Of a stretch of 64,000 nt of DNA, positions 54,621-63,304 are shown piece after piece. The first letter of the stretch is position 1, and the number at the start of each line of letters is the position of its first letter. A model generated the notes under the pieces. The model was not told where the DNA came from. It made no database searches and saw nothing but the letters and a program-made list of their open reading frames with translations. Made by a program: the position numbers and the translations under genes. This stretch comes from a virus: positions 20,088 through 84,087 of IMG/VR virus record IMGVR_UViG_3300022227_000002; one strand, 5' to 3'.

Positions 54621-54650
54621 GTTATAGGGTACCCGAAAGCACCCTATAAC
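54621..54650 (-). promoter_or_regulatory. Strong RNA hairpin with UUCG loop between the MoxR and VWA genes
   Basis: GTTATAGGGT...ACCCTATAAC perfect 10-bp stem; the - strand RNA extends it with G-U/C-G/U-G pairs closing a UUCG loop; followed by the AAGGA SD, not by a U-run. Confidence 0.6.
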
Positions 54651-54657
54651 GAAAACA

Positions 54658-55776
54658 CTAGTCGGCGCTTTGAGCGGCGGTTATGTACTTGCCGTATTTT
54701 TCATGGAACTCATCGAAAACTTTGATAGCGTCTGGATCAAACGGTAACTGATATTGTGTAAGAGCTAATTTAATACCCATTACAACTAATTCAGTATCAA
54801 AATTGTCCATCATAAATCTAAGAAATTTTCCAACTTTGTCGTTAAACTTCTTATCTTTTTTATCGCAAGCCTCTTTAAGTTCATAACATAAAGAAACCGT
54901 TAGGGAGTACATTGCACTGATTTCTTTACTTTTCAACTTCTCTACTTTACCTTCTAAAATATCAGAAGGGTTAGGAAGTTGTGATGCCACCTTACGGTGA
55001 GCCATAAACTTAACTGCAAGTCCTTCGCCTACTGCACCGCTGACTAAATCAGTCACAGTGTTTTCATCTAAATCATCTGATAAGAGTTCACTTACAAATG
55101 ACCAAGATCTCGGAGTAGCAAAAGACCTACTTGAAGATTTCGGTTCAAAGTCGTATAGGTCTTTTTTGCTAAAAGTCAAATAACCAATTACATCTTTATG
55201 GATGTTGTTGTCTACTGCCCATTCAAACCAATCATCAAAAACAGGTTTCATTTCTAAGTGAATGAATCTATTTGCTAATGGTGCCGGCATTCTATAAGTG
55301 ATACCTTTATCTGCTTCTCTATTACCCGCCGCCACTATAACAACGTTTTCTGGTAATTCGTAAGTACCTACTTTTCTATTCAATATTAATTGGTAAGCCG
55401 CCGCTTGAACACTTGGTGCCGCGGAATTCATTTCGTCTAAAAATAGAATAATGTTTTTATATTTTTTAGACATTTTTTGATCTGGTAATTCTGATGGAGA
55501 TGCCCATTCCATAGATTTTGAATTACTATTAAAGTATGGTATACCTTTAATATCTGTTGGTTCCCATAAACTTAATCTTATATCAATAACATGAGCATTG
55601 ATAGTTTTTGCAATCTGACGAACAACGTCTGATTTACCAATACCCGGACCGCCCCATAAAAAGATTGGTCTTTTGATTTTTAAGGCGTGTAATATACTTG
55701 CCTTTGCTTTATTTGGTGATAATTGTCTAGTAGCTAAACTACTATCTGCTGATGTGTCTTTGCCTTTACGTGCCAT
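54658..55776 (-). CDS. MoxR/AAA_5-type AAA+ ATPase
   Basis: Walker A GGPGIGKS, Walker B LFLDEMN, VAAGNR sensor, LANRF Arg finger, TPRSW. Confidence 0.9.
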   Translation of the reverse strand: MARKGKDTSADSSLATRQLSPNKAKASILHALKIKRPIFLWGGPGIGKSDVVRQIAKTINAHVIDIRLSLWEPTDIKGIPYFNSNSKSMEWASPSELPDQKMSKKYKNIILFLDEMNSAAPSVQAAAYQLILNRKVGTYELPENVVIVAAGNREADKGITYRMPAPLANRFIHLEMKPVFDDWFEWAVDNNIHKDVIGYLTFSKKDLYDFEPKSSSRSFATPRSWSFVSELLSDDLDENTVTDLVSGAVGEGLAVKFMAHRKVASQLPNPSDILEGKVEKLKSKEISAMYSLTVSLCYELKEACDKKDKKFNDKVGKFLRFMMDNFDTELVVMGIKLALTQYQLPFDPDAIKVFDEFHEKYGKYITAAQSAD

Positions 55777-55811
55777 TATGTACTCCTTAAGTTACAATTG
55801 GTTTATTATTA

Positions 55812-55840
55812 ATAATAGCACCTTTTGGTAATTAAGTCAA
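55812..55840 (-). promoter_or_regulatory. Sigma70-type promoter with extended -10 upstream of the MoxR ATPase
   Basis: - strand TTGACT, 17 nt, TGc-TATTAT, then AAGGAG SD. Confidence 0.7.
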
Positions 55841-55870
55841 ATGAAAAGAAGCTTAAATGACCCGCATAAA

Positions 55871-56464
55871 TCAATTGTTAATTACGACGTGAGTAACTAA
55901 ATTACCCTTTTCGTAGGAATCTATAATAAATTTCACTGCATCAAACACTGCGTTGGGGGATAATATAGTGTTTTGTTCTTTACAAATTTCCCACATCATT
56001 GCGGTTTTCTCTACAACAGTAGGTTGTTCAAATAACATATCTATATTTGTGTCAACAAAACCTGGAGAAATTAAACTAGCTTTACATTTTCCACCACTAC
56101 CGTTTACTTCTTGTGTTATTTTCTTTAATCTCATTTTTTCAATGTAGTAATTTTCGTTTGCTAGTTTATAATCAAACATTTCTAATTCAGTTACAATACT
56201 GCCAATAGAAATTGCTAGTTTAGGATGGTCTTTACTATATTTGCAAAATTGATATAAGAGTGCGTGTTGCTTATTAAAGAGATAAGCATTGTTAATTAAA
56301 ACATCAAAACTAAGACATTTGTCTACAACTCTTTGAGTATCCTCAATACCGTTTCCTTCGTTTTTGTCTAGACCTATAACTTCATAATAAGGAGAAAATT
56401 TATCATATAAACATTTTCCTATTCCTGATAAATGTCCTGTAATTGCTATTCTGCGTATTCTCAT
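55871..56464 (-). CDS. Compact SDR-like oxidoreductase
   Basis: IAITGHLSGIG, DVLINNA, ISIGS, YYIEK, LISPGFVDT. Confidence 0.75.
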   Translation of the reverse strand: MRIRRIAITGHLSGIGKCLYDKFSPYYEVIGLDKNEGNGIEDTQRVVDKCLSFDVLINNAYLFNKQHALLYQFCKYSKDHPKLAISIGSIVTELEMFDYKLANENYYIEKMRLKKITQEVNGSGGKCKASLISPGFVDTNIDMLFEQPTVVEKTAMMWEICKEQNTILSPNAVFDAVKFIIDSYEKGNLVTHVVINN

Positions 56465-56495
56465 AGTATATGTTAATTTATTGAGAAGTTTTGGT

Positions 56496-56891
56496 TTATT
56501 CTTCGTTATTGAATTCTTGTCTAGTCATAGCTTTACTAATACCATATTTTCTTATATCTCCAGAAAATAACATTAATTCCATAGCTTTCTTTTCATTAGT
56601 AACAATTATACCATCGTCAGCCAAAAAATATGGACAATTAATAAATCTATCTAAAAAAATTATGGTTTGAGTAGTAACACTAAAGTCTACTGGGAATGGA
56701 ACTTCATATGTTTTTAAATCAAGTTTTTTTGTAATAAAATCTAAACCTTTATCAGTTAATCTTAAACCACCTACATCTTTTGATCTACTATTTTTCCACC
56801 ACATAGGCAAATACTCTTTTAAAGTATTTGGATTAATACTAATATCTGCGTTTTTTAGGAAAATTTTTGTGTAGGTTTCTTTCCAGTTCAT
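56496..56891 (-). CDS. Hypothetical protein
   Basis: 131 aa, ATGA overlap with the upstream gene. Confidence 0.6.
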   Translation of the reverse strand: MNWKETYTKIFLKNADISINPNTLKEYLPMWWKNSRSKDVGGLRLTDKGLDFITKKLDLKTYEVPFPVDFSVTTQTIIFLDRFINCPYFLADDGIIVTNEKKAMELMLFSGDIRKYGISKAMTRQEFNNEE

Positions 56892-57178
56892 TGTTCGTTG
56901 ACAGTTTCACCAGCAGTAAGTTTAACTACTGTGAATTCTTCAACGTTGAAAAGAGTATTCAATTTTTTCGCCAAGTTAAAGGCGTGACCAGGATTAGAAA
57001 AACTAACTTTTTTGTATTTTGGTCCTGGATAGTTGTTAAGCATATTTGCTGATTTAAGGTTAAAAGGTTTGTTCTTATGAAACACAGCCCAGATGGCTTC
57101 CGCTTCAAGAATCTGCTCTGTTTTATAGCTTTTCTTGTCTACGTGTTCCAGTATAATAGTAGGCTTCGGTCTACTCAT
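56888..57178 (-). CDS. Hypothetical protein
   Basis: 96 aa; TAAATA at 57220-57225 upstream. Confidence 0.6.
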   Translation of the reverse strand: MSRPKPTIILEHVDKKSYKTEQILEAEAIWAVFHKNKPFNLKSANMLNNYPGPKYKKVSFSNPGHAFNLAKKLNTLFNVEEFTVVKLTAGETVNEQ

Positions 57179-57298
57179 AATTTTTCAAGGTACCCTCTTT
57201 ATAGTTACACCCCATACTATATTTATCGTGAATTTCACGAAAGAGTGTTACAAAAGTATTAAGTTAATGATTTCGAAACGCCGTTATAGATGCCTATA

Positions 57299-57535
57299 CT
57301 AAAGGCTTCCACCGTCAGCTTTTACACTGATAGTTTCTTCGGCTTTCGATTGTTTAGTTATGAGAGATTCGTAGTCACCGGCAAGTCTAGCCAGTACAAT
57401 TGCTAAAGAATATGTTAAACTTTTGGCAGTTGCAGTATCAATTTTTACTTCTTTTTGTTGACCAATGTCCGCGGCTTTTACTCTTTGTATAAATTGTTGT
57501 ATTGGTGCTGTATTAATAGGTTCATCTGTTCGCAT
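57299..57535 (-). CDS. Hypothetical protein
   Basis: 78 aa, AGGAG SD, overlaps the upstream gene. Confidence 0.55.
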   Translation of the reverse strand: MRTDEPINTAPIQQFIQRVKAADIGQQKEVKIDTATAKSLTYSLAIVLARLAGDYESLITKQSKAEETISVKADGGSL

Positions 57536-58007
57536 TTGCTAACTCCTGTTTCATTTCAAGTGTTGTTTTAAAAGGTCCTTTACTAGGATACCTTTCTAAA
57601 GTAATTAGTTTTGGGCAAAAACTTCGTACCCATCCTTTTTCAAATTTAATAATATAATATCCAGCACTATATAAAGACTTAGATTTTTTGCTTTTTGTAA
57701 ACAATGGTAATTTCTTTTTAACATCATATACCATATTACAAGGTTTAAACTTGCATGGAAAACTGTACACTAGGTGCTCTGTGGGCTCAATGTGTGGGCT
57801 TGAAATAGTACTGTTGCCCCACATCCATTCACCATCAAAATTGTTTCTTAATTGCGTTTCATTATCAAATATTTTAGTTCCTTCATCACAAGTATATAGG
57901 TATTTTCTATCCTCTTGTCTACATAATGTACCTACCTTGTGCCCTTGTTTTTCAACTATCCAGAACCTGCTTTCTAGTATAGGTTTTGCAAAGAATCTTT
58001 CTGTCAT
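57522..58007 (-). CDS. Hypothetical protein
   Basis: 161 aa, AAGGAG SD, ATGA overlap with rnh. Confidence 0.6.
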   Translation of the reverse strand: MTERFFAKPILESRFWIVEKQGHKVGTLCRQEDRKYLYTCDEGTKIFDNETQLRNNFDGEWMWGNSTISSPHIEPTEHLVYSFPCKFKPCNMVYDVKKKLPLFTKSKKSKSLYSAGYYIIKFEKGWVRSFCPKLITLERYPSKGPFKTTLEMKQELANANR

Positions 58008-58996
58008 GCTACTTCTTTCTCCTTATATTTTGCGTTTAAGGGCTCTGCGTAGCTTTGTGGGTATTCTGCAATACGTTGCATATCCCATTTAGCACAGAAT
58101 TTAATAAGTTTTAACCCTACTTGTTCTATTGCTTTTGCTTTAACTGATGCTACAGTTTCTTTTATTACAGCTTTAATTTTGGGTGGTTGGGCATTTAAAT
58201 CACATAGTATTACGTTTCTATTGTAATCATCTACAACTCTATGTTCTTTTCCGTCTTGATCTACCCATCTTTGGAGCATTAAGTTATTCCAATTATATCC
58301 TTTAGTTTTTCGATCTTCAAATGCATCAATTAAACCTACTTTCTTTTTAGTTCCTTTAGCTCTAACGCCAGGGTATGCTGAAAATACATTATCAGTAGGA
58401 TCTCCTCTTACACATTTTTCAAACAACATTAATTTAGGGTTAGGTGCTTTTTTAGGAAATCCTGTTTTCTTATCTATTACAGGTTTCTTTTTATTATCAA
58501 AGTAACCTTCGTGTGTAATAGTAACTTCTTGTATTCCATTGTATTGTTTTACATTAGGTTTTATCAATTGTGCAAAGTCGCTGTCAGTTGATATTATAAC
58601 GTGATTATCGTTTGGGTGTGCATTTACCCAACCTGCAATTAAATCATCTGCTTCTAATTGTTCGTGTTGTATTATTGTACAATTTGTTTTTGTATCTATA
58701 AAGTCTTTGAAATGCGTAAATGTTTCCCAAAAAACTTCTTCTTCTTCTTTTTCTGAAACAGTTAACGCCTCTCGAGCAGTTTTTCTATTCATTTTATATC
58801 TAGGATAAACATCTCTTCTCCAAGATTTTCCTTCTAAACAAAATACAACGTGGTCTCCTTTAAATTCTTGCCATACTCTTCTAATACTATTAAGAGTAAT
58901 ATGTAAAGCCATTCCTATTTTTTCATTTAGAGCTCCTTTAATAACGTGTCTGGCTCTAAAAAAAGTATTTGCAGTATCTACTATAATGTAATTCAT
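58004..58996 (-). CDS. rnh: T4-like RNase H / 5'-3' flap exonuclease (PIN fold)
   Basis: IIVDTAN, SWRRDVYPRYKMNR, LEADDLIA, ISTDSDFAQL, RGDPTDNV. Confidence 0.85.
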   Translation of the reverse strand: MNYIIVDTANTFFRARHVIKGALNEKIGMALHITLNSIRRVWQEFKGDHVVFCLEGKSWRRDVYPRYKMNRKTAREALTVSEKEEEEVFWETFTHFKDFIDTKTNCTIIQHEQLEADDLIAGWVNAHPNDNHVIISTDSDFAQLIKPNVKQYNGIQEVTITHEGYFDNKKKPVIDKKTGFPKKAPNPKLMLFEKCVRGDPTDNVFSAYPGVRAKGTKKKVGLIDAFEDRKTKGYNWNNLMLQRWVDQDGKEHRVVDDYNRNVILCDLNAQPPKIKAVIKETVASVKAKAIEQVGLKLIKFCAKWDMQRIAEYPQSYAEPLNAKYKEKEVA

Positions 58997-59049
58997 GCGT
59001 TAAACTCTATTCCGTTAGAACGGGTGCATACTTTTGTGAATTTCTAACA

Positions 59050-59442
59050 TTAACTAACCTCTGATTTATCATCATCCATTTTGTTGATATTAATATATCC
59101 CATACCAGTATCTGGATTTTGTCCTTGATCTTTTAAAATGTTTCTTGCAATATCTTTAAACCAAGCATCAACTATTTGTTCATTCTTTTCTCCTCTATAA
59201 CCTGAATCTATTAATTGTTCAATAAATTCATTATTCCAATCTAATTCAAAAAAACCATTTTTAATATTATCTTTATTAACTTGAGTATCTAATACTGCTA
59301 CCCATGGTTTTCCTTCTTTAGTTGCTTTTGCTTTTTCTTCCATTAATGCTTTTCTTCTTGGATCTTTTTCAGTATAATCTGATGCAACATCTTTTGCTTT
59401 ATTTGTTTTAAACATACCTTTCATTTTTTTCATTATATCCAT
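59050..59442 (-). CDS. Hypothetical protein
   Basis: 130 aa, GGAGG SD region upstream. Confidence 0.6.
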   Translation of the reverse strand: MDIMKKMKGMFKTNKAKDVASDYTEKDPRRKALMEEKAKATKEGKPWVAVLDTQVNKDNIKNGFFELDWNNEFIEQLIDSGYRGEKNEQIVDAWFKDIARNILKDQGQNPDTGMGYININKMDDDKSEVS

Positions 59443-59464
59443 GTGTTATTTTCCTCCTTCCTTT

Positions 59465-60328
59465 TTAAGTTCCCCATTGATTTCCGAAAATATCGACGTG
59501 CAATCTTGGACTATATCTCCATCCTTTTTGCATTGCGAGTTCGGTAACATTTTTTGCGTTTTGTTGATATTCTTCATAACAACCTCCCACGGCCATACAA
59601 TAGACCGGAGCATCGATCCCTGCTTTTTTATAAATTCCCACAGCTTTTGAAACTTCGTCAACATCGATGCTGTCACAAACGACAAATTTGAAATACAAAT
59701 AACTATTGGGTATATCATAATATCCTTTAGCAACATCGGGTTTAATAGCATCGTCCCAACTTTCACCGGAAACGGTAAGTTTGGGAGAGCACGAAAACGT
59801 AATATGAATTTTAGTTTGATTCGTTGCCCACTCCAATAACCTTTCTCTGATAGGTTGAGTAGTGTTTGTTTCAAATGTAACATTTTTTAAATCTTGCATT
59901 TTAGGGTGTTCAAATAAATCAACATAATGTCTTTGAAAACCTAAAAATGGTTCTCCTCCTGTTATAACAAGATGTACATCTTGTCCGTTATTGCAAGTCC
60001 ACTTGCCTTCTGGCGTTAAAGATAACAACTTATCAACTAAATCATCAATAGTATAATCTGTTGTGAACTTACTAAATCTTGCGTCCCATGATGCATAACT
60101 ATCACAACCTTTATGTACCAAAGGCAAATCTTTTAATTCTTTATATCTATCATCCTCAGCGTCTACTTTTAAATAATCGTCTGCAAGTTCGCCTCTTGGC
60201 ATACCAAATCCACGACATTTAAAATTACATCCAAACAATCGTAAAAATATACTAGGTACACCTACAAATCTTCCTTCGCCTTGTACACTATAAAAAGCTT
60301 CAGTAACTCTTAATTTGTCTGCATCCAT
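59465..60328 (-). CDS. queE: 7-carboxy-7-deazaguanine synthase QueE (radical SAM, atypical CX3CX36C)
   Basis: EAFYSVQGEG..VGVPSIFLRLFGCNFKC...GCDS, VITGGEP, FETN, CSPK, RYSPRLH; adjacent to folE. Confidence 0.85.
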   Translation of the reverse strand: MDADKLRVTEAFYSVQGEGRFVGVPSIFLRLFGCNFKCRGFGMPRGELADDYLKVDAEDDRYKELKDLPLVHKGCDSYASWDARFSKFTTDYTIDDLVDKLLSLTPEGKWTCNNGQDVHLVITGGEPFLGFQRHYVDLFEHPKMQDLKNVTFETNTTQPIRERLLEWATNQTKIHITFSCSPKLTVSGESWDDAIKPDVAKGYYDIPNSYLYFKFVVCDSIDVDEVSKAVGIYKKAGIDAPVYCMAVGGCYEEYQQNAKNVTELAMQKGWRYSPRLHVDIFGNQWGT

Positions 60329-60335
60329 TGTTCAC

Positions 60336-61013
60336 CTAAATGTTATGTCCTTTCATACTAAAGCAGATATCATAAAATTCTTTTTTAAGTGGTGCATGAG
60401 TATCAAAAGCGCCTAACATAATTGCAGTAGTCATATCATTGTCAGATTCTTTTACACCACGTTGTGTTAAACAATGGTGTTTTGCTTTAACTACTACTGC
60501 TACATTAGGTGTTTTAGCATATTTTCTTAATGCTTCAGAAATTTGTGTAGTCATTTCTTCTTGTATCTGTGGTCTTTCTGCAATATGATGTACGATCCTA
60601 TTAAATTTGCTTAAACCTATAACTTCATCTTCAGGTAATACTCCTACCCAACAATTTCCTACAATGTTTTGAAAATGGTGAGCACAGGTTGATCTAACAC
60701 TAATTGGACCACTAGTGTATAAACTTTTATATCCCATATTCGGAAATGATGTAATTTTAGGTAATGAATTATATCTACCTGAATATATTTCATTAACATA
60801 CATTTTTGCAACACGTTTTGCAGTTTCTTTTGTGTTATGATCATTTTCAGTATCAATTACTAATGCTTCTAAAACTTCTTCAAATGCTTCTTCTACTTCT
60901 GTTTCTAATTCTTTTAATTCACCTTTCTCCAAATACTTGGCGATATTGTCGTTTGCATTAAAACGTACCTTTTTGTCTATTAATCTTTGTTTGATCTTTT
61001 CTGATGTTCTCAT
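60336..61013 (-). CDS. folE: GTP cyclohydrolase I
   Basis: ETAKRVAKMY, STCAHHF, VIGLSKFNRIV, RPQIQEEMT, HHCLTQRGV. Confidence 0.95.
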   Translation of the reverse strand: MRTSEKIKQRLIDKKVRFNANDNIAKYLEKGELKELETEVEEAFEEVLEALVIDTENDHNTKETAKRVAKMYVNEIYSGRYNSLPKITSFPNMGYKSLYTSGPISVRSTCAHHFQNIVGNCWVGVLPEDEVIGLSKFNRIVHHIAERPQIQEEMTTQISEALRKYAKTPNVAVVVKAKHHCLTQRGVKESDNDMTTAIMLGAFDTHAPLKKEFYDICFSMKGHNI

Positions 61014-61022
61014 ATTGTTACA

Positions 61023-61631
61023 TTAACAGATTTGTCCAATTTTGTCAATAATTCTTTGATAGACAATCTGATTTCCTTCCTCCGTATAATGGTTAACTAT
61101 TCCTCTATGCTTTATCCAAGTTTGGCAAAGATCTAATTTGTTTTTTTCGGTAGCATAATCGGTACTAATACTAAAATGGTCCAAATGTAAAGAAGTAATT
61201 GGTATTGATTTTGTTATTTCATTTCGTATTAATTCGTAAATATCCTTTTGGTATTCGTCGTCATAAAAATGCTTAAACCAATTTTGGGCAGTTTTAAGTC
61301 TAGAATTGAAAATCGATGTTTTGTCCATAATGTCATTATAAATTAAATCACAATTTTTATGTAATCCTTTTTTATGTACTGGGTGTTTAGATGTATGAAT
61401 TCTACTAGGACTAGTATGTGAAACAATTACTAATCCATATGTTTGAATCCAAAAAGCATCTAACATAGATTTTTGTCTTAATTGTTTTAATATTTTGTAT
61501 TCTCCTACGCCTGCTTCTGCTAAATTATCTACTTGAAATTGTTTACCTAGCAACGTTGGCCACCCATCATATTTAGGCTTATGCCAAGGGCAGGCAAAAC
61601 TATTTCCTATTATTAAAATTTTTTTATCCAT
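61023..61631 (-). CDS. SGNH/GDSL-like protein
   Basis: ILIIGNSF, NLAEAGVG, C-terminal VNHYTEEGN. Confidence 0.5.
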   Translation of the reverse strand: MDKKILIIGNSFACPWHKPKYDGWPTLLGKQFQVDNLAEAGVGEYKILKQLRQKSMLDAFWIQTYGLVIVSHTSPSRIHTSKHPVHKKGLHKNCDLIYNDIMDKTSIFNSRLKTAQNWFKHFYDDEYQKDIYELIRNEITKSIPITSLHLDHFSISTDYATEKNKLDLCQTWIKHRGIVNHYTEEGNQIVYQRIIDKIGQIC

Positions 61632-62455
61632 GGAATATAATTCTCCGCTATTGCTTTATGGTATTCAGTGTTATAATGTTCTTCGTCATCTAAAAAATGT
61701 TTATTTGGATCTATATGTTTGCTTTTCATATAATCTTCTATACTTTGTGAAGCAATTGTTGTAGCTTTTAAATCTCCATAGTAATTAAAATCAACTGGAT
61801 GTTTGGATCTTGATCTCATTACTGATAGATATAATTTTGCATTATTATCTGCACAAATATTATCCATTGTATAAATGTCTTTATAAAAACTTCTATGTTC
61901 TATATGTGTGTTTAAATCATAAAATAATTTGCATTCCATAAACGTTTGCTTTCTTAAATCAGGTTTTATTAATCCTTGTTCAGGTGAAAATTCAAAACCT
62001 ACAAATTTATCATAGTCTTCTTTAATTGGTTTATTAAATAATTGTATAGAATCGTCAACTATAATACCATCTGAATATATTTTCACTAATGGTTTTTCTT
62101 TTGCAAGTGTTGTAAAATGATCTACCTTTATAGTTTTTTCTAATAATGTTTTATTAAATGCAATTACAAATCTATTAAATGCCGCCAAAAGTATGTGTAC
62201 TTCATCTATGTCATTATGTTTTTTAAACATACTTTTAAGCCAATCAGGATATACCATATTAGCAGTACCCGCCACGCAATATACAATTACTTCTTTATCA
62301 TTTAACGTAGCATACTGTTCAGCAAAACTATTATCATTATAAAGAGAATAACTTCCTGGTCCTGTTTTACCTGGGATTGTTTGATAACCAGCTAAATGAC
62401 TATCTCCCATAAACAATGTTTTAGACATTTTTCTTTGTGTAATCTCCTTTTCCAA
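61613..62455 (-). CDS. SGNH/GDSL-like protein
   Basis: LFMGDSH, C-terminal DEEHYNTEYH (DxxH). Confidence 0.5.
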   Translation of the reverse strand: MEKEITQRKMSKTLFMGDSHLAGYQTIPGKTGPGSYSLYNDNSFAEQYATLNDKEVIVYCVAGTANMVYPDWLKSMFKKHNDIDEVHILLAAFNRFVIAFNKTLLEKTIKVDHFTTLAKEKPLVKIYSDGIIVDDSIQLFNKPIKEDYDKFVGFEFSPEQGLIKPDLRKQTFMECKLFYDLNTHIEHRSFYKDIYTMDNICADNNAKLYLSVMRSRSKHPVDFNYYGDLKATTIASQSIEDYMKSKHIDPNKHFLDDEEHYNTEYHKAIAENYIPWIKKF

Positions 62456-62837
62456 CTATAACATTTCTTATTCCGCCTTTGGGATTTTTAGTATCTCCTT
62501 TTTTACGAGGTATTAAATGTACGTGCGGATACATTACAGTTTGTCCGGCACTTTCTCCTACATTAATTCCAATATTATAACCGTCAATAACTCCTTTAGC
62601 AACATTGTCATTAGCAATTTTTAATGCTAAATCAAAACATTTTATTATATTGTTTTGTGTTGCTTCTTTAGGCACAATTAAAGAATGACCTTCTGTTACT
62701 GGGTACCCGTCATTGTACCATACTATATCTTTAAATTCATGAACGACATCTTTCCAAGGTGCTCTATCTTCCTCTTGGGCTTTGTCTAATGTGTCTGGTT
62801 TAATCATTGCCACTCTTCCCAAGGAAACACAATCCAT
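62421..62837 (-). CDS. HIT family nucleotide hydrolase (probable start MIKP near 62807)
   Basis: DGYPVTEGHSLIVPK, YNIGINVGESAGQTVMYPHVHLIPR. Confidence 0.85.
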   Translation of the reverse strand: MDCVSLGRVAMIKPDTLDKAQEEDRAPWKDVVHEFKDIVWYNDGYPVTEGHSLIVPKEATQNNIIKCFDLALKIANDNVAKGVIDGYNIGINVGESAGQTVMYPHVHLIPRKKGDTKNPKGGIRNVIVGKGDYTKKNV

Positions 62838-63304
62838 ACTGGATTTTTTTCTTTATTAATTGTATATCCTTTAAAATGTAAACCTTGAAATTTGCTTGGT
62901 TCATTTTGTATAACACTTGCAAATTTTACATTATCAGGAGTACCAAAATTATCTTTAATATAATTTAATGTTTCTCCTGTATCATTTATATCGTCTATAA
63001 TTAATATTTTTTTTTGAAAAGCATGAGCTTTTTCTAAAACTGCTAAACTAGGTTTACTTTTATGATCTCTGAGTCTAATGTCTAATGCTTCATGAGGTAC
63101 ATCTAAAGCATGACTAAGATAAATGCCTGGTACACAACCACCTCTATTAATTCCTAAAACAATATTAGGTTTCCAGTTAATACCTGACATTTCAGACAAA
63201 ATCATATTAAGACTATGTCTTAACTGTATCATAGTAAAGTAACTTTTTTTAGTTTCTATAGTTTTAAACATCATCTTCTTTTTGTCTCGCCGCCCAATCA
63301 TCAT
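62804..63304 (-). CDS. Type I phosphoribosyltransferase (xanthine/guanine PRT-like)
   Basis: LGINRGG, PRPP loop ILIIDDINDTGETL, C-terminal WIVFPWE. Confidence 0.85.
   Translation of the reverse strand: MMIGRRDKKKMMFKTIETKKSYFTMIQLRHSLNMILSEMSGINWKPNIVLGINRGGCVPGIYLSHALDVPHEALDIRLRDHKSKPSLAVLEKAHAFQKKILIIDDINDTGETLNYIKDNFGTPDNVKFASVIQNEPSKFQGLHFKGYTINKEKNPVWIVFPWEEWQ

Noticed and set aside
58997-59049. Weak inverted repeats upstream of rnh (GTTAGAA...TTCTAAC; CCGTT..AACGG)
   Set aside because: Short stems in AT-rich DNA with no tRNA or riboswitch features.
45063-60856. Further nested ORFs (45063, 48359, 51175, 51877, 52639, 55953, 56867, 57077, 57688, 59441, 59446, 60659)
   Set aside because: They are antisense or out of frame to well-supported genes. 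QueE ends with its canonical RYSPRLH...WGT tail, so 59446-59883 is not a frameshift extension.
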